Positions 40,237-52,430 of a DNA stretch of 64,000 bases are shown here, one piece after another. Source of the DNA: Malacoraja senta (lineage: Eukaryota); assembly GCA_038087875.1 (NCBI GenBank), contig JAXLNO010000202.1, positions 310,001-374,000 of the forward strand, given 5' to 3'. The position numbers were made by a program, and so were the translations under genes. Numbering within the stretch: the first letter of the stretch is position 1; each line of letters begins with the position of its first letter. Below the pieces are notes generated by a model. The model was given only the letters and a program-made list of their open reading frames with translations, was not told where the DNA came from and searched no databases.

Positions 40237-40367
40237 TTTTGTACAGGATGCTATTATGACCACTGTGGTTCCACATGCGATGCAAGGCTGATATGGCCAT
40301 AGAACAGCCAGGATGGAGTGTAACGAGTCAAGACCCCATGTTGCCCACATCCAAGAACATTTCATAG

Positions 40368-40898
40368 CGGGTGTAAGGGAACAACTGGCATCAGCTCAGG
40401 TCCTTGTGGGACAACGTGTAGAGGACGCCAAGACCAAGAGCAGCGTTGTTCCCGTTGAGGGTAGAGGGACCAGCGGAACCTCCCTTGTAGCCAGAGTCCG
40501 GAGGGCAAGGAGCACCGCCACTTCATCTAGGGTCCGTAGGGGGAGGGGTGGCTCTGCTGTCATTGACCGGAGGACCGGTGACGGGCAGGGCTGAAGATGT
40601 CCTGGTTGGGTCGCTCCTAGGCCTGGCCAAGCTGGCCATCCACGAGTCACAGCGCCAGGCGGAAGCGGGCTTTGATGCTTGACCCTTTACCGGGGTTACG
40701 TCCACGCCGGGGTGGTGTTAGAGACGGACATCGTTGTATAAGTTATTCAGTATATTTGTAACATAGGTGTTTGGAATTTAGTGTCTGAATAGTTTGTTGA
40801 TTCTGTAACGTGGTGGTTGGTGCGTCACTAACGGTATTTGTTGTTGTTGATTTTTATATTGTTTTCGTAATCAAATAAATTATTTTTGATACAAAAAA
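40368..40898 (+). mobile_element. Tx1/L1-like 3' fragment
   Basis: LLGLAKLAIHES motif, aataaa plus poly(A), and TSD-like aagaacatttc(a/c)tag on both sides. Confidence 0.65.
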
Positions 40899-43351
40899 AA
40901 GAACATTTCCTAGATCAGTTTTCAAATCAATACACCCTCTCAGGAGTTATTACTACATAATTACATGAGAGCTGTGCGTTGAATATTAATATCAAACCAT
41001 TTAATATTGAATTAAGCAACCAATTTAGAAGCTGATTAATAATTAGTCCCTTATTGTCAACATCTGGAGCAGTGTTGGCCAGCTGTGTAATTGTTGTTCT
41101 CTATTCCCTGAGCACAGAAGTGACCAAGTTCCCTCAGGGGTAAGTCAGCGTCTTGTCTAGGTGGACATGTCATGTATCGCCCTACCAGTCGGCCCCAAGT
41201 ACTGACGCTTCATGTTGGAATCATCAGATCCTTACTGCAGGTACACAAGTAACAATTACTGTACTTGGCAGCTTGCTGGCACAGCGCCTCACAGCTGCCT
41301 CACAGCGCCAGAGTCACAGGTTTGATCCTGAGCTCAGGTACTGTCTGTGTGGACACACAGAAATGCTGGAGAAACTCAGCGGGTGCAGCAGCATCTATGG
41401 AGCGAAGGAAATGGGCAACGTTTCGGGCCCAAACCCTGTCTGTGTGGAGTTTGTGCGTTCTCCCTGTGACCGCGTGGGTTTCCTCCGGGTGTTCTGGTTT
41501 CGCAAATTCACAAGTGATAGGTGCAGAATTAGGCCATTCGGCCCATCATCTACTCTGCCATTCAATCATAGCTGATCTATCTCTCCCTCTCAACCCCATT
41601 CTCCAGCCTTCTCCGCATAATCCCTGACACCCGTATTAATCTAGAATTTATCTATCTTCACCTTAAAAATATCCATTGATGGCCTCCACAGCGGTTTGTG
41701 GCAAAGAATTCCACAGATTCACCTCCCTCTGACTAAAGAAATTCCTAGGCAGACAAAAATGCTGGAGGAACTCAGCGGGTGAGGCAGCATCTATGGAGAT
41801 AAAGAATAGGCGACGTTTCAGGTCGAGACCCTTCTTCAGAATATACCTTCTCTTCTCCTCCCTAAAGGAATGTCCTTTAATTCTGAGGCTGTGCCCTCTG
41901 GTCCTAGAGACACCACAAACTCCACACCCCAAAGACATGCGGGTTTGTACGTTAATTAGACTCTGTAAATTGTCTCTAGTGTGTAGGGAGTGGATGAGAA
42001 TGTGGGATAACATAGAACTAGTGTGAACGGGTGAAAATGGTCAATGTATAAAAGAACTGCAGATGTTGGTGCAGTTGAAGGTAGACACAAAATGCTGGAG
42101 GAACTCAACGGGACGGGCAGCATCTCTGGAGAGAAGGAATTGGCGACATTTCGGGTCGAGACCCTTCTTCACTCGTTTGTCAGGGGAGGGGGCGGGACAG
42201 AGATAGAATGTAGTCGGAGACAGTAAGACTGGTGGGAGAACTGGGAAGAGGATGGAGAGAGAAGGAAAGCAAGGGCTATCGGATGTTAGAGAAGTCAATG
42301 TTCACACCGCTGGGGTGTAAACTACTTTTCTAAAGGTTTAATGAAGGTAGATGACCATGCGGGGGAGTCCAAGAGGAGGGGGTCTGTTGGAGACGGGAGA
42401 ACTTCACCACTGATTTCCATCCTGCACTCAAATTCACTTGGACCATCTCTGACATCTCCCTACCGTTGCTAGATCTCATCGTCTCCCATCACAGGAAACA
42501 GACTATTGACCGACATCTACTAACCTACTGACTCCCATAGCTATCTGGACTACACTTCTTCCCACCCTGCTTCCTGTAAGGACTCTATCCCTTACTCCCA
42601 TTTCCTCCGTCTACGCCACATCTGCACCCAGGATGAGGTGTTCCATACCAGGGCATCAGAGATGTCCTCATTCTTTAGGAAACGGGAGTTCCCCTCTTCT
42701 ATTATAGATGAGGCTCTCACTGGGGTCTCCTTGATATCACGCAGCTCCGCTCTAGCTCCCCCTCCCCCTCCCCCCATTCGTAACAAGGACAGAGTCCCCC
42801 TTGTTCCCATCTTCCACCTCATCAGCCGTCGCATACAGCATATAATCCTCTAACATTTTCGCCACCTCCAACGGGATCCCACTACTGGCCACATCTTCCC
42901 ATCTCCACCCTTTCTGCTTTCCGCAGAGACCGTTCCCTCCGTAACTCCCTGGTCAACTCGTCCCTTCCCACCCAAACCATCCCCTCCCCTGGTACTTTCC
43001 CCTGCAACCGCAGGAGATGCAACACCTGTCACTTTACCTCCCCCCTCGACTCCATCCAAGGACCCAAACAGTCTTTCCAGATGAGGCAGAGGTTCACTTG
43101 CACCTCCTCCAACCTCATCTACTGTATCCGCTGTTCCAGGTATTAACTTCTATACATCGGCTAGACCAAGCGCAGACTCGGCGATCGTTTCGCTGAACGC
43201 CTCCACTCAGGTTGCTCAGCATTTCAACTCCCCCTCCCATTCCCAATCAGATCTTTCTGTACTGGGCCTCCTCCATTGCCAGTGAGGCCCAGCGCAAATT
43301 GGAGGAACAGCACCTCATATTTCGCTTGGGCATCTTACACCCCAGCAGTAT

Positions 43352-45825
43352 TCAGTATTCAGTTCAGTATTCAGTATTTCTTTAATATCATTTCACTGAG
43401 TACTCGCATACACAGAGGAAACGAAAAAACGTTGCTCAATCGGTTTCCATTCAGTGTAAAAAACAAAAGGATAATATATAGAGCTTTAAAAACAAATAAA
43501 AAAGAAAGTAGGCCTAAAAATTAACAATATAATAAAAACAGTCATTCTGATCGACAGTGGCTTCACAGTGTTACTTTGACGGGTGCCTAACTGTCAAAGT
43601 ATGGGCAAGCGCGGTTGGATGTGTGGATGAGCAATGTTTTGGGAGGGGACAAAGTCCGTTAATCAGTCTTATTGCCTGTGGGAAGAAGCTGAGGAGCATC
43701 CTGCTGGTTTTGCAGCTGATGCTCCGGTACCTCTTCCCAGATGGCAGAATGGAAAAGATGTGATGTCATGGGTGGTGGGGGTCCTGGATGATGGAGATGG
43801 CTCTACTGATGCTCCTCTTCTTGTATATCTCCAGCAGGAAAGGGAGTGGGGCACCGATAATCCTGCTGGCGGTCTTCACTATCCTGTTTAGTTGATATTG
43901 TTCGTAAGCCTTGCAGCTCCCGAACCAGGAAGTGATGCCGTAGGTTATTATGCTTTCAATTGTGCCCCTATAGAAGGTTCTTAGATGGGCAGTGGGGAGA
44001 CCTGCTTTCCGAAGTCTCCGGAGAGGGTGGAGTCGCTGTTGGGCTCTTTTGACCAGTGCTGTGGTGTTGGTCATAGAGGTCAGGTCATCTGACAGGTGGA
44101 GTCCTAGGAACTTCACACTGCTGACCCTCTCACAGCAGTTCCATCAATATACAGTGGTGTATGGTGTTGTTTTCCCGCCCTCCTGAGGTCGACCACCATC
44201 TCCTTAGTTTTTCCCACATTAAGAGTGAGGTTGTGGGATTTGCACCATCCTGTGAGCAGCTCCACCTCCATCCTGTACGCCGACTCATCATTGTCACTGA
44301 TGAGACCCACCACTGTTGTGTCATCAGCGAACTTGTTGATATAGTTGTTATTGGGTCTAGCAGTACAATGATGTGTAAGTAGACTAAACAGCAGGGGGCT
44401 TAGGACACAGCCTTGGGGTGAGCCAGTGCTCACGGCTATGGTTTTGATGTCCGACTGCCCACCCTGACTTTCTGCTGCCGTTGTGATAAGAAGTTAAGGA
44501 CCCAGTTACATGTGCCAGTATCCACCCCTAACAGCCTCAGCTTCTCCACCAGCTGCTGCGGAATGATTGTATTAAAAGCAGAGCTGAAGTCTAAAAAGAG
44601 GATCCTGGCATAAGTATTTTTCCGGTCGAGGTGTGACAGTGCGAGGTTCAGTGTAGTGGAGACTGCGTCCTCTGTGGACCGGTTGGCTCTGTAGGCGAAC
44701 TGCAGTGGATCTAGGTCGGCAGGGAGACAATTTTTAATATGTTGCATAACCAGCCGCTCAAAACACTTCATTAATATGGGTGTGAGAGCCACTGGGCGGA
44801 AGTCATTGTGACAGGCTGGGTTTGGTTTCTTCGGGACAGGAACGATGGTGGCACTTTTAAGACAGTTGGGCACTACTGCCTGGCTGAGTGAGATGTTAAA
44901 AATGTCTGTGAAGACATCTTTTAGTTGATCAGCACAGTCCCTTAAAACGCATCCAGGGATGTTGTCCGGCCCTGCAGCTTTGCGTGGGTTGATGCTGGCA
45001 AAGGCCTTTTTAACTCCGGCTGCGGACAGCCTGAGTGACTGGTCATTGGGAGATGGCAGTAGTGCACGTGTCTGGGTGGTGTTTTCAACCTCAAACCGTG
45101 CGTAGAACTCGTTCAGTTCATCTGGTAGAGAGGGGTCGTTTTGGCATATCCGCAGCGGGGGGGGGGGGGGGGGGGGGGGGGCTTGTAGTCAGTGATGGTA
45201 TGAAATCCCTGCCACAAGCGACGTGTGTCTTTGTCGTTTGTGAAGTGGCTATTAAGTTTTTGTACATACAGCCTCTTCGCTTACCTGATCCCCCGGGATA
45301 GGTTACTCCGTGCCAGTTTGTATGCTGCGTTGTCCCCAGATTTAAATGCAGCATTCCGGACTCTCAGCAGGGAACAAACTTCCCCAGTTAGCCAAGGTTT
45401 CTGATTGGCACGCCTCCTGACGGGTTTAACCACCGTCACATCATCAATGCATTTATTGATGTATCCGATGACGGATTCTGTGTATTCTTGGAGGTTGATG
45501 CTACTGTCATCTGTTGCTGCCTCTCTGAAAATGGCCCACTGTGTGGTTTCAAAACAGTCTTGCAGTGCTGCGGTAGCTCCCTGTGGCCATATTCTGACTT
45601 CTCTGACCATTGGCCTGTCCTGTTTCACCCTGGGTCTGTATGCAGGTGTGAGCATAACCGCTAGGTGGTCAGAGTTGCCGATATGGGGGAGGGGGGCTGC
45701 TTTATATGAATCTTTAATGTTTGTGTACACCAGGTCTAGTTTGTTCTTTCCCCTGGTTGCAATGTTCACATGCTGGTAGAATGTAGGCAGAACAGATGCA
45801 AGACTTGCCTGGTTAAAACATTGCC
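43352..45825 (-). mobile_element. Rex1/Babar-type LINE, 5'-truncated and frameshifted
   Basis: ORFs 45281-45883 (APE C-terminus TRG...LDLVYTN...SDH), 44436-44873, 44113-44433 ([10 protein letters not shown]...KFADDTT) and 43766-44116. Short tandem tail (tcagtat)n at 43350-43378. Confidence 0.9.
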
Positions 45826-45964
45826 TGGTATGAACAGTGACTTCTCTAACTACAAGTAGTCCTTGCTTTCCCTCTCTCTCCATCCCCTCCCCCTTCCCAG
45901 TTCTCCCACTAGTCTTACTGTCTCTGACTCCATTCTATCTCTGTCCTGCCCCCTCCCCTGACAT

Positions 45965-46000
45965 CAGTCTGAAGAAGGGTCTCGACCCGAAACGTCACCC
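45965..46000 (+). ncRNA. Minimal hammerhead ribozyme motif in Penelope terminal repeat
   Basis: CTGAAGA-A-GGGT(CTCG)ACCC-GAAA-CGTC: hammerhead core with an extra A, stem II, and a loop-less palindromic stem III (ACGT). Stem I is weak. Minimal hammerheads are an established feature of PLE terminal repeats. Confidence 0.6.
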
Positions 46001-46479
46001 ATTCCTTCTCTCCAGAGATGCTGCCTGACCCGCTGAGTTATTCCAGCATTTTGTGTCTACCTTGACTAATGGTCAGTGTGGACTCAGTGGGCTGAAGGGT
46101 AATGGTCAGTGTGGGCTCGGTGGGCTGAAGGGTAATGGTCAGTGTGGACAGTGGGCTGAAGGGTAATGGTCAGTGTGGACAGTGGGCTGAAGGGTAATGG
46201 TCAGTGTGGACGGTGGGATGAAGTGTAATGGTCAGTGTGGACGGTGGGATGAAGACTAATGGTCAGTGGGGGCTCAATGGGCTGAAGGACCTGTTTCTAA
46301 TATTGTTTCGTTTAGTTTACTTTTAGTTTAGAGATACGTCTTTGGCGTGTGGGAGGAAACCGGAGCATCCGGAGAAAACCCATGCAGGTCACGGGGAGAA
46401 GGTACAAACTCCGTACAGACAGCGCCCGTAGTCAGGATGGAACCCGGGTCTGTGGCGCTGTGAGGCAGCAACTCTACCG

Positions 46480-47070
46480 CTGCGTCACCGTGCTGTGTCA
46501 CCGTGCTGCGTCACCATGCTGCGTCACCGTGCTGTCACCGTGCTGTGTCACCGTGCCTCACCACCGTGCTGTGTCACCGTGCTGCGTCCCCGTGCTGTCA
46601 CCGTGCTGTGTCACCGTGCTGCGTCACCGTGCTGTGTCACCGTGCTGTGTCCCCGTGCTGTGTCCCCGTGCTGCGTCCCCGTGTTGTGTCACCGTGCTGT
46701 GTCACCGTGCTGTGTCACCGTGCTGCGTCACCGTGCTGCGTCCCCGTGCTGTCACCGTGCTGTGTCACCGTGCTGTGTCCCCGTGCTGCGTCCCCGTGTT
46801 GTGTCACCGTGCTGTGTCCCCGTGCTGCGTCCCCGTGTTGTGTCACCGTGCTGTGTCACCGTGCTGTGTCACCGTGCTGTGTCACCGTGCTGCGTCACCG
46901 TGCTGCGTCCCCGTGCTGTCACCGTGCTGCTTCACCGTGCTGTGTCACCGTGCTGTGTCCCCGTGCTGCATCCCCGTGTTGTGTCACCGTGCTGCGTCAC
47001 CGTGCTGCGTCACCGTGCTGTGTCCCCGTGCTGCGTCCCCGTGCTGTGTCACCGTGCTGTGTCACCGTGC
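46480..47070 (+). repeat. 13-bp minisatellite (tcaccgtgctgtg) at the 5' end of a minus-strand SINE
   Basis: Direct reading. Confidence 0.93.
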
Positions 47071-49889
47071 CGGCCGCTGGTCAGTGCCTCTGCTGCATCG
47101 CTCCACTGAAGCAGAAGTGGGAGCTGACAGGCGGGGAGTAAATCAGATTAATGGTAGGAGAGAGCTGTGGACAAACGCCAGTGAACCACAATAGCCGCAA
47201 CGTTAGGCACCAGAGGCTCAAGGTGCAATCAGAGCTGAAAAGCTGCCGACCGGTGGAATGACTAAAATATTCTGGCAGCATCCAGGCCGACCAAATACAA
47301 TTATTGATTGGCTGGAATTGATAATGAAATGATTGCCATGGCAACGGGTGTTAGTTCAGTTTAGTTTATTGTCACGTGTACTGAGGTACAGTGAAAAGCT
47401 TTTGTTGCGTGCCATCCAGTCAGCGGAAAGACAACACATGATTACAATCGACCCATTTACAGTGTATAGATACATGATAAGGGAATAACGTTTAGTGCAA
47501 GATAAAGCCAGCAAAGTCCGATCAAGGACAGTCCGAGGGTCACCAATGAGGTAGATAGTAATTCAGGACCGCTCTCTGGTTGTGGTAGGATGGTTCAGTT
47601 GCCTGATAACAGCTGGGAAGAAACTGTCCCTGAATCTGGAGGTGTGCGTTACTCCATTTGTGTTTGTTTTTCGAAGACTGGAAGTTAATGCAGGAGGTTT
47701 TAATGCATGAATGGAGATTGTGTACCTGGAGGCACACAGTGCAGACGCAGGCCGTTTGGCCCATCGTACACATGCTGACCATCAGGTACGGTGATTCGTT
47801 GCTGCTCACTCCGGAGCTCCAGCTGCAGCTGCAGACCGGTGGACTGGGACATCGGGAGCTCGCGGGTCCGGGTGAGAGACCGCTTTCCGGAGCTCCCGCA
47901 ACGCAACTTCTCCCGCCCGTGTCGCGGGGTTGGAACGACCCGGAGCGGGGCCGTACATCGCCCGGCGCGGCTTTAACGGCCGCGGGACATTCCAGCGCCC
48001 GCCGGGGGCTCCAACTTGTGACTTTGGGCCCGGAGCAAGGCTGTACATCGCCCGGCGTGGCCTCAACGGCCGTGGGACTTACCATCGCCCGCCTGGGGCT
48101 TCAACATCGGGAGAAAGATGGTGCAGGGGAGAGAAAAGACTTTGCCTTCCATCACAGTGAGGAGGAGATTCACTGTGATGGATGTTTTTCTGTAAATTGA
48201 ATTGTTTGTGTGTCGTGTAGGAATTGATTTGTTTGTATGGCTGTGGAAACAGAGTTTCGTTTGAGCCTCTTTGAGGTTCAAATGACAAGAAATAAAAATC
48301 TAAATCTATACTCATCCCAGCAGCCGCAGCGTCACAAAACACGGAAACAGGCCCTTCAGCCCATCGTGTCCATGCTGACCCCCATCTACACCAGTCCCAC
48401 CTGCCCGTATTTGGCCCATATCCCTCTAAACCTGTCCTGCCCATGTACCTGTCCACATATTCTTTAGATGTTGTACACAGAGTGTGGTGGGTGCACGGAA
48501 CAAGCTGCCAGAAGAGGTAGTTGAGGTAGATACCATAACAACTTTAAAAATACATTTGGACAGGTGTATGGATGGGAACAGTTGGACCGAACGCAGCCAA
48601 AGGAGACTCTTTACTCGGACTTTAACGGAATCTTGCATGGAACGTTATTCCCTTTATCAATAGACAATAGACAATAGGTGCAGGAGTAGGCCATTCGGCC
48701 CTTCGAGCCAGCACCGTCATTCAATGTGATCATGGCTGATCATCCCCAATCAGTACCCCGTTCCTGCCTTCTCCCCATATCCCCTGACTCCACTATCTTT
48801 AAGAGCCCTATCTAACTCTCTCTTGAAAGTATCCAGAGAACCTGCCTCTGCAGCCCACTGAGGCAGAGAATTCCACACACTCACCACTCCCTGTGTGAAA
48901 AAGTGTTTCCTCGTCTCCGTTCTAAATGGCTTACCCCCTATTCTTAAACTGTGGCCCCTGGTTCTGGACTCCCCCAACACCGTGTATCTGTACACTGTGG
49001 ACGGCTCGATTGTAATTATATATGGTCTTTTCTCTTACTATATAGCATGTGTCAACAATAAAATAAACATTTATTATTAACTATTTCACTTTTATTTATC
49101 AAATTAAACATTTTGGCCAGCATGGAAGAGTTGGGCCAAAGGGCCTGTTTCTGTGCAATATGATCTATGACTATGAGAATAATGTAGGATAATAGAAATG
49201 GATGTTTATAGAGTATAGATTAGCAGAGACAGGCCCTTCGGCGCACCTTGTCTATCCTGACCAAGTTGGCATACTGGGCTAGTCTCTCCTGCCTGCATTT
49301 GGCCCGTAACCCTCTAACCCTTTCCTATCCATATATTCAATCAATCCAATCAATCAAGCACTTTATTTATCCCCGAGGGGCAATTCAAACAAACAATACG
49401 TTAAATCTGCACCGACTGGTCGACCGCACGAGCAGTGACCCGGCAAGGATTGGGTTGTCAGCAGCGATACAATAATAAAGAACACACAAAATGTAACACA
49501 AACATCAGTATACACCACAGCATTCATCACTGTGGTGGAAGGCACAAAATGTGGCCAGTCCTGTCCTGGCAGGACTGTCCAAATGTGTTTTAAAAGTCGT
49601 AATTGCATCCACTTCGAGAGTTTCCTCTGGCAGCTCGTTCCAGATACGGACTACCCTCTGAGTGACAAAGTTGCCCTCCTCAGATCCCCCTTCAATCTCA
49701 GGAGGTTTCCCTGCAACCACAGGAGTTGTAACACCTGTCCCACTAACACTTCCCTCACCTCCATCCAGGTACCCCAGTGGTGCGTCCAGGGGAGACAGAG
49801 GTTCACGTGCACCCCCTCTAATCTCAGCGACTGCGTCCGGGACTTTGCGTTGAGAGTAAACAGGCCAAAGTGTGGAGTTTTGTACATCA

Positions 49890-50020
49890 TTCTTCTTCTT
49901 GCTAATGGAGTGCACAGCCTAAAGTTGTAGGACAAATTGTTCTATTTGATCTTATTTGATTGGGTTGGTTGCATTCGTGGAAACAGGGCGGTCCACGTGA
50001 AGGTTGCAATCTCCCACCTC
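49890..50020 (-). mobile_element. Second full-length, diverged copy of the HDV-ribozyme short retroelement
   Basis: GAGGTGG GA GATTGCA ACC TTCACGT GGA CCGCCCT GT TTCCA CGAA TGCAACC (a few substitutions), with (AAG)n tail. TSD ttgtacatca (49880-49889) / ttgtgcatca (50021-50030). Confidence 0.8.
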
Positions 50021-50214
50021 TTGTGCATCAATGATTATAAATGTAAACGGGAAGATAAGGGCCAGCAGAACAGATTTCTTCCTCCTGCGCTGTGATCTTC
50101 TGTTATACAGAAGCAGTTGCCAAACATTCCCTGGCTGTCGCAGCGAACAGCTACACAATCAGAAAACCTGCTGCAGTTTGTAGCTTCAATCCTTTATGGA
50201 AAGAAACACAGGAA

Positions 50215-52430
50215 GGTTGGAGGGTGGCAAATGTTGTGCCTCTTTTCAAGAAGGCCGGCAACGAAAATGCTGGGAACTGTAGGCTGGTGAGCTTAACATC
50301 TGTAGTTGGAAGGTTACGAGAGAGTATTCTGAGGGATAGGATATACAGGCATTTGGATGGGCAAGGGCTGATTAGGGACAGTCAGCATGGTTTTGTACGT
50401 GGGAGGTCATGTCTCACAAATCTGATTGAGTTTTTTGAAGTTGTGACCAAAAAGGTTGATGAGGGCAGAGCTGTAGATACGATATGATACAATACGATAA
50501 AACCCAGGAGGGAAATTGATCTGCCAACAGTCGTAAAACACAAGGCAGATGAAACATGAAATTAAAGTGACGAGTGGCAAGGATTGGGGATGTGCAAAGA
50601 TTGAGTCAGTCTACCCCACGACAGAACAGAGAGGAGTTGTACAGATTGATAGCCACAGGTGAAGAAGGATCTCCTGTGGCGTTCTGTGCTGCATCTTGGT
50701 GGAACCAGTCTGTTGCTGAAGGTGCTCCTCAGGTTGGCCAGTGTGTCATGGAGGGGGTGAGCTGTATTGTCCAAGATGCTCCGCAGTTTGAGGAGCATCC
50801 TCCTTTCCGAGACCACCCCCTAGTGACTCCAACTCCACCTCCAGGACGGAGCCAGCCTTCCTGATGAGTTTGTTAATTCTGTTCGAGTCCGTGGCCTTCG
50901 CCCTGCTGCCCCAGCACATGGCAGTGAAGAAGATGGCACTGGCCACCACCGATCGATAGAACATCTGCAGCATCTTACCGCAGACATTGATAGAGCGGAG
51001 CCTCCTCAGAAAGTACAGACAGCTCTGTCCCTTCTTATACAGTGCCTCAGCATTCCTGGACCAGTCCAGTTTACAATCCAAGTAAACTCCAAGGTACTTG
51101 TACTCCTTGGTAAACTGCACATCCACACCCTTGATGGAGACGGGACAGGGATGTTCCTCTCTTCCTAAAGTCCACCACTAACTCCTTAGAGTTGTCGGTG
51201 TTGAGCTGCAGGTGATTCAGCCCACACCACTCAACAAAGTTGCTGACTACACCTCTGTATTCAGCTTCACCCCCCTCACAGATGCAGCCTCACAGATGTT
51301 GTATATATTCGACAAGGTTCCGCATAGCCGGCTGCTCTGGAAGGTTAGATCACAAGGGGATATAGCTGAATGGATAGAAAACTGGCTCCATGGAAGGAAG
51401 CAGATGATGGAAGGTTGCTTCTTGGACTGGAGGCCTGTGACTAGTGGTGTGCCTCAGGGTTCAGTGCTGGGCCCGTTACTGTTTGTCATCTACATCAATG
51501 ATTTGGATGAGAACATACAGGGCAAGATTAGCAAGTTTGCAGATGATACAAAAGTGAGTGGTTTTGCAGATAGTGAAGATGGTTGTGAACGATTGCAGCA
51601 GGATCTGGATCGATTGGCCAGGTGGGCGGAAGAATGGTTGATGGAATTTAATACAGAGAAGTGTGAGGTGTTGCATTTTGGGAAGTCTAACATAGGCAGG
51701 ACCTACACTGTAAATAGACACAAAAAGCAGGAGTAACTCAGCAGGACAGGCAACATCTCTGGAGAGAAGGAATGGGTGATGTTTCGGGTCGAGACCCTTC
51801 TTCACAGTGAATGGTTCCAGAATTACAGATACATAGTTCATTGTAAGTGGCATCACAGGTAGATAGGGTGGTCAAAAAGGCTTTTGGCACATTGTCCAGC
51901 AGTCAGAGCATTGGGTATTGAAGCATTGAAGTTGAGAGGTCATGTTGCAGTTGTATAAGACGTTTGTGAGGCCGCATTTAGAGTACTGTGTTCAGTTCTG
52001 GGCACCCTGTTATAAGAAGGATATTGTCAAGCTGGGGTAGACAAAAGTGCTGGAGAAACTCAGCTGGTGCAGCAGCATCTATGGAGCGAAGGAAATAGGC
52101 AACGTTTCGGGCCGAAACCCTTCTTCAGACTGAATATTGTCAAGCTGGAAAGGGTACAGAGAAGATTTACGAGGATGTTGCCAGGACTCGAGGGTGTGAG
52201 CTATAGGGAGAGGTTGAGTAGGCTTGGTCTCTATTCCTTGGAGCGCAGGATGATGAGAGGTGATCTTATAGAGGTTACAAAATCATGAGAGGAATAGATC
52301 GGGAAGACGCACAGAGCCTCTTGTCCAGAGTAGGGGAATCGAGGACCAGAGGACATGGGTTCAAGGTGAGGGACGATAGATTTAACTTGAGAGGGTAACT
52401 TTTTCCCACAGAGGGTGGTGGATGTATAGA
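50215..52430 (+). mobile_element. Old CR1 fragmented by Rex1 (50480-51255, minus) and two PLE-derived inserts
   Basis: CR1 motifs in ORFs 50092-50487, 51212-51736 and 52067-52288; Rex1-like YKYLGVYLD..LDWSRN in 50746-51126. Confidence 0.8.
52036..52133 (-). mobile_element. 98-bp Penelope-derived hammerhead mini-element
   Basis: TCAGTCTGAAGAAGGGTTTCGGCCCGAAACGTTGCC..., flanked by perfect 15-bp TSD atattgtcaagctgg (52021-52035, 52134-52148). Confidence 0.8.

Larger units (their letters stand above)
42050..46062 (+). mobile_element. Penelope-like element remnant (RT C-terminus + GIY-YIG) with inverted terminal copy, interrupted by Rex1
   Basis: 42415-43350 encodes degenerate FHPALKFTWTISD..L..LDL and TCTSSNLIYCIRCS..LLYIG.TKRRLGDRFAE (GIY-YIG). 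The 3' terminal repeat resumes at ~45827-46062, and an inverted copy of it lies at 42050-42325. Confidence 0.8.
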
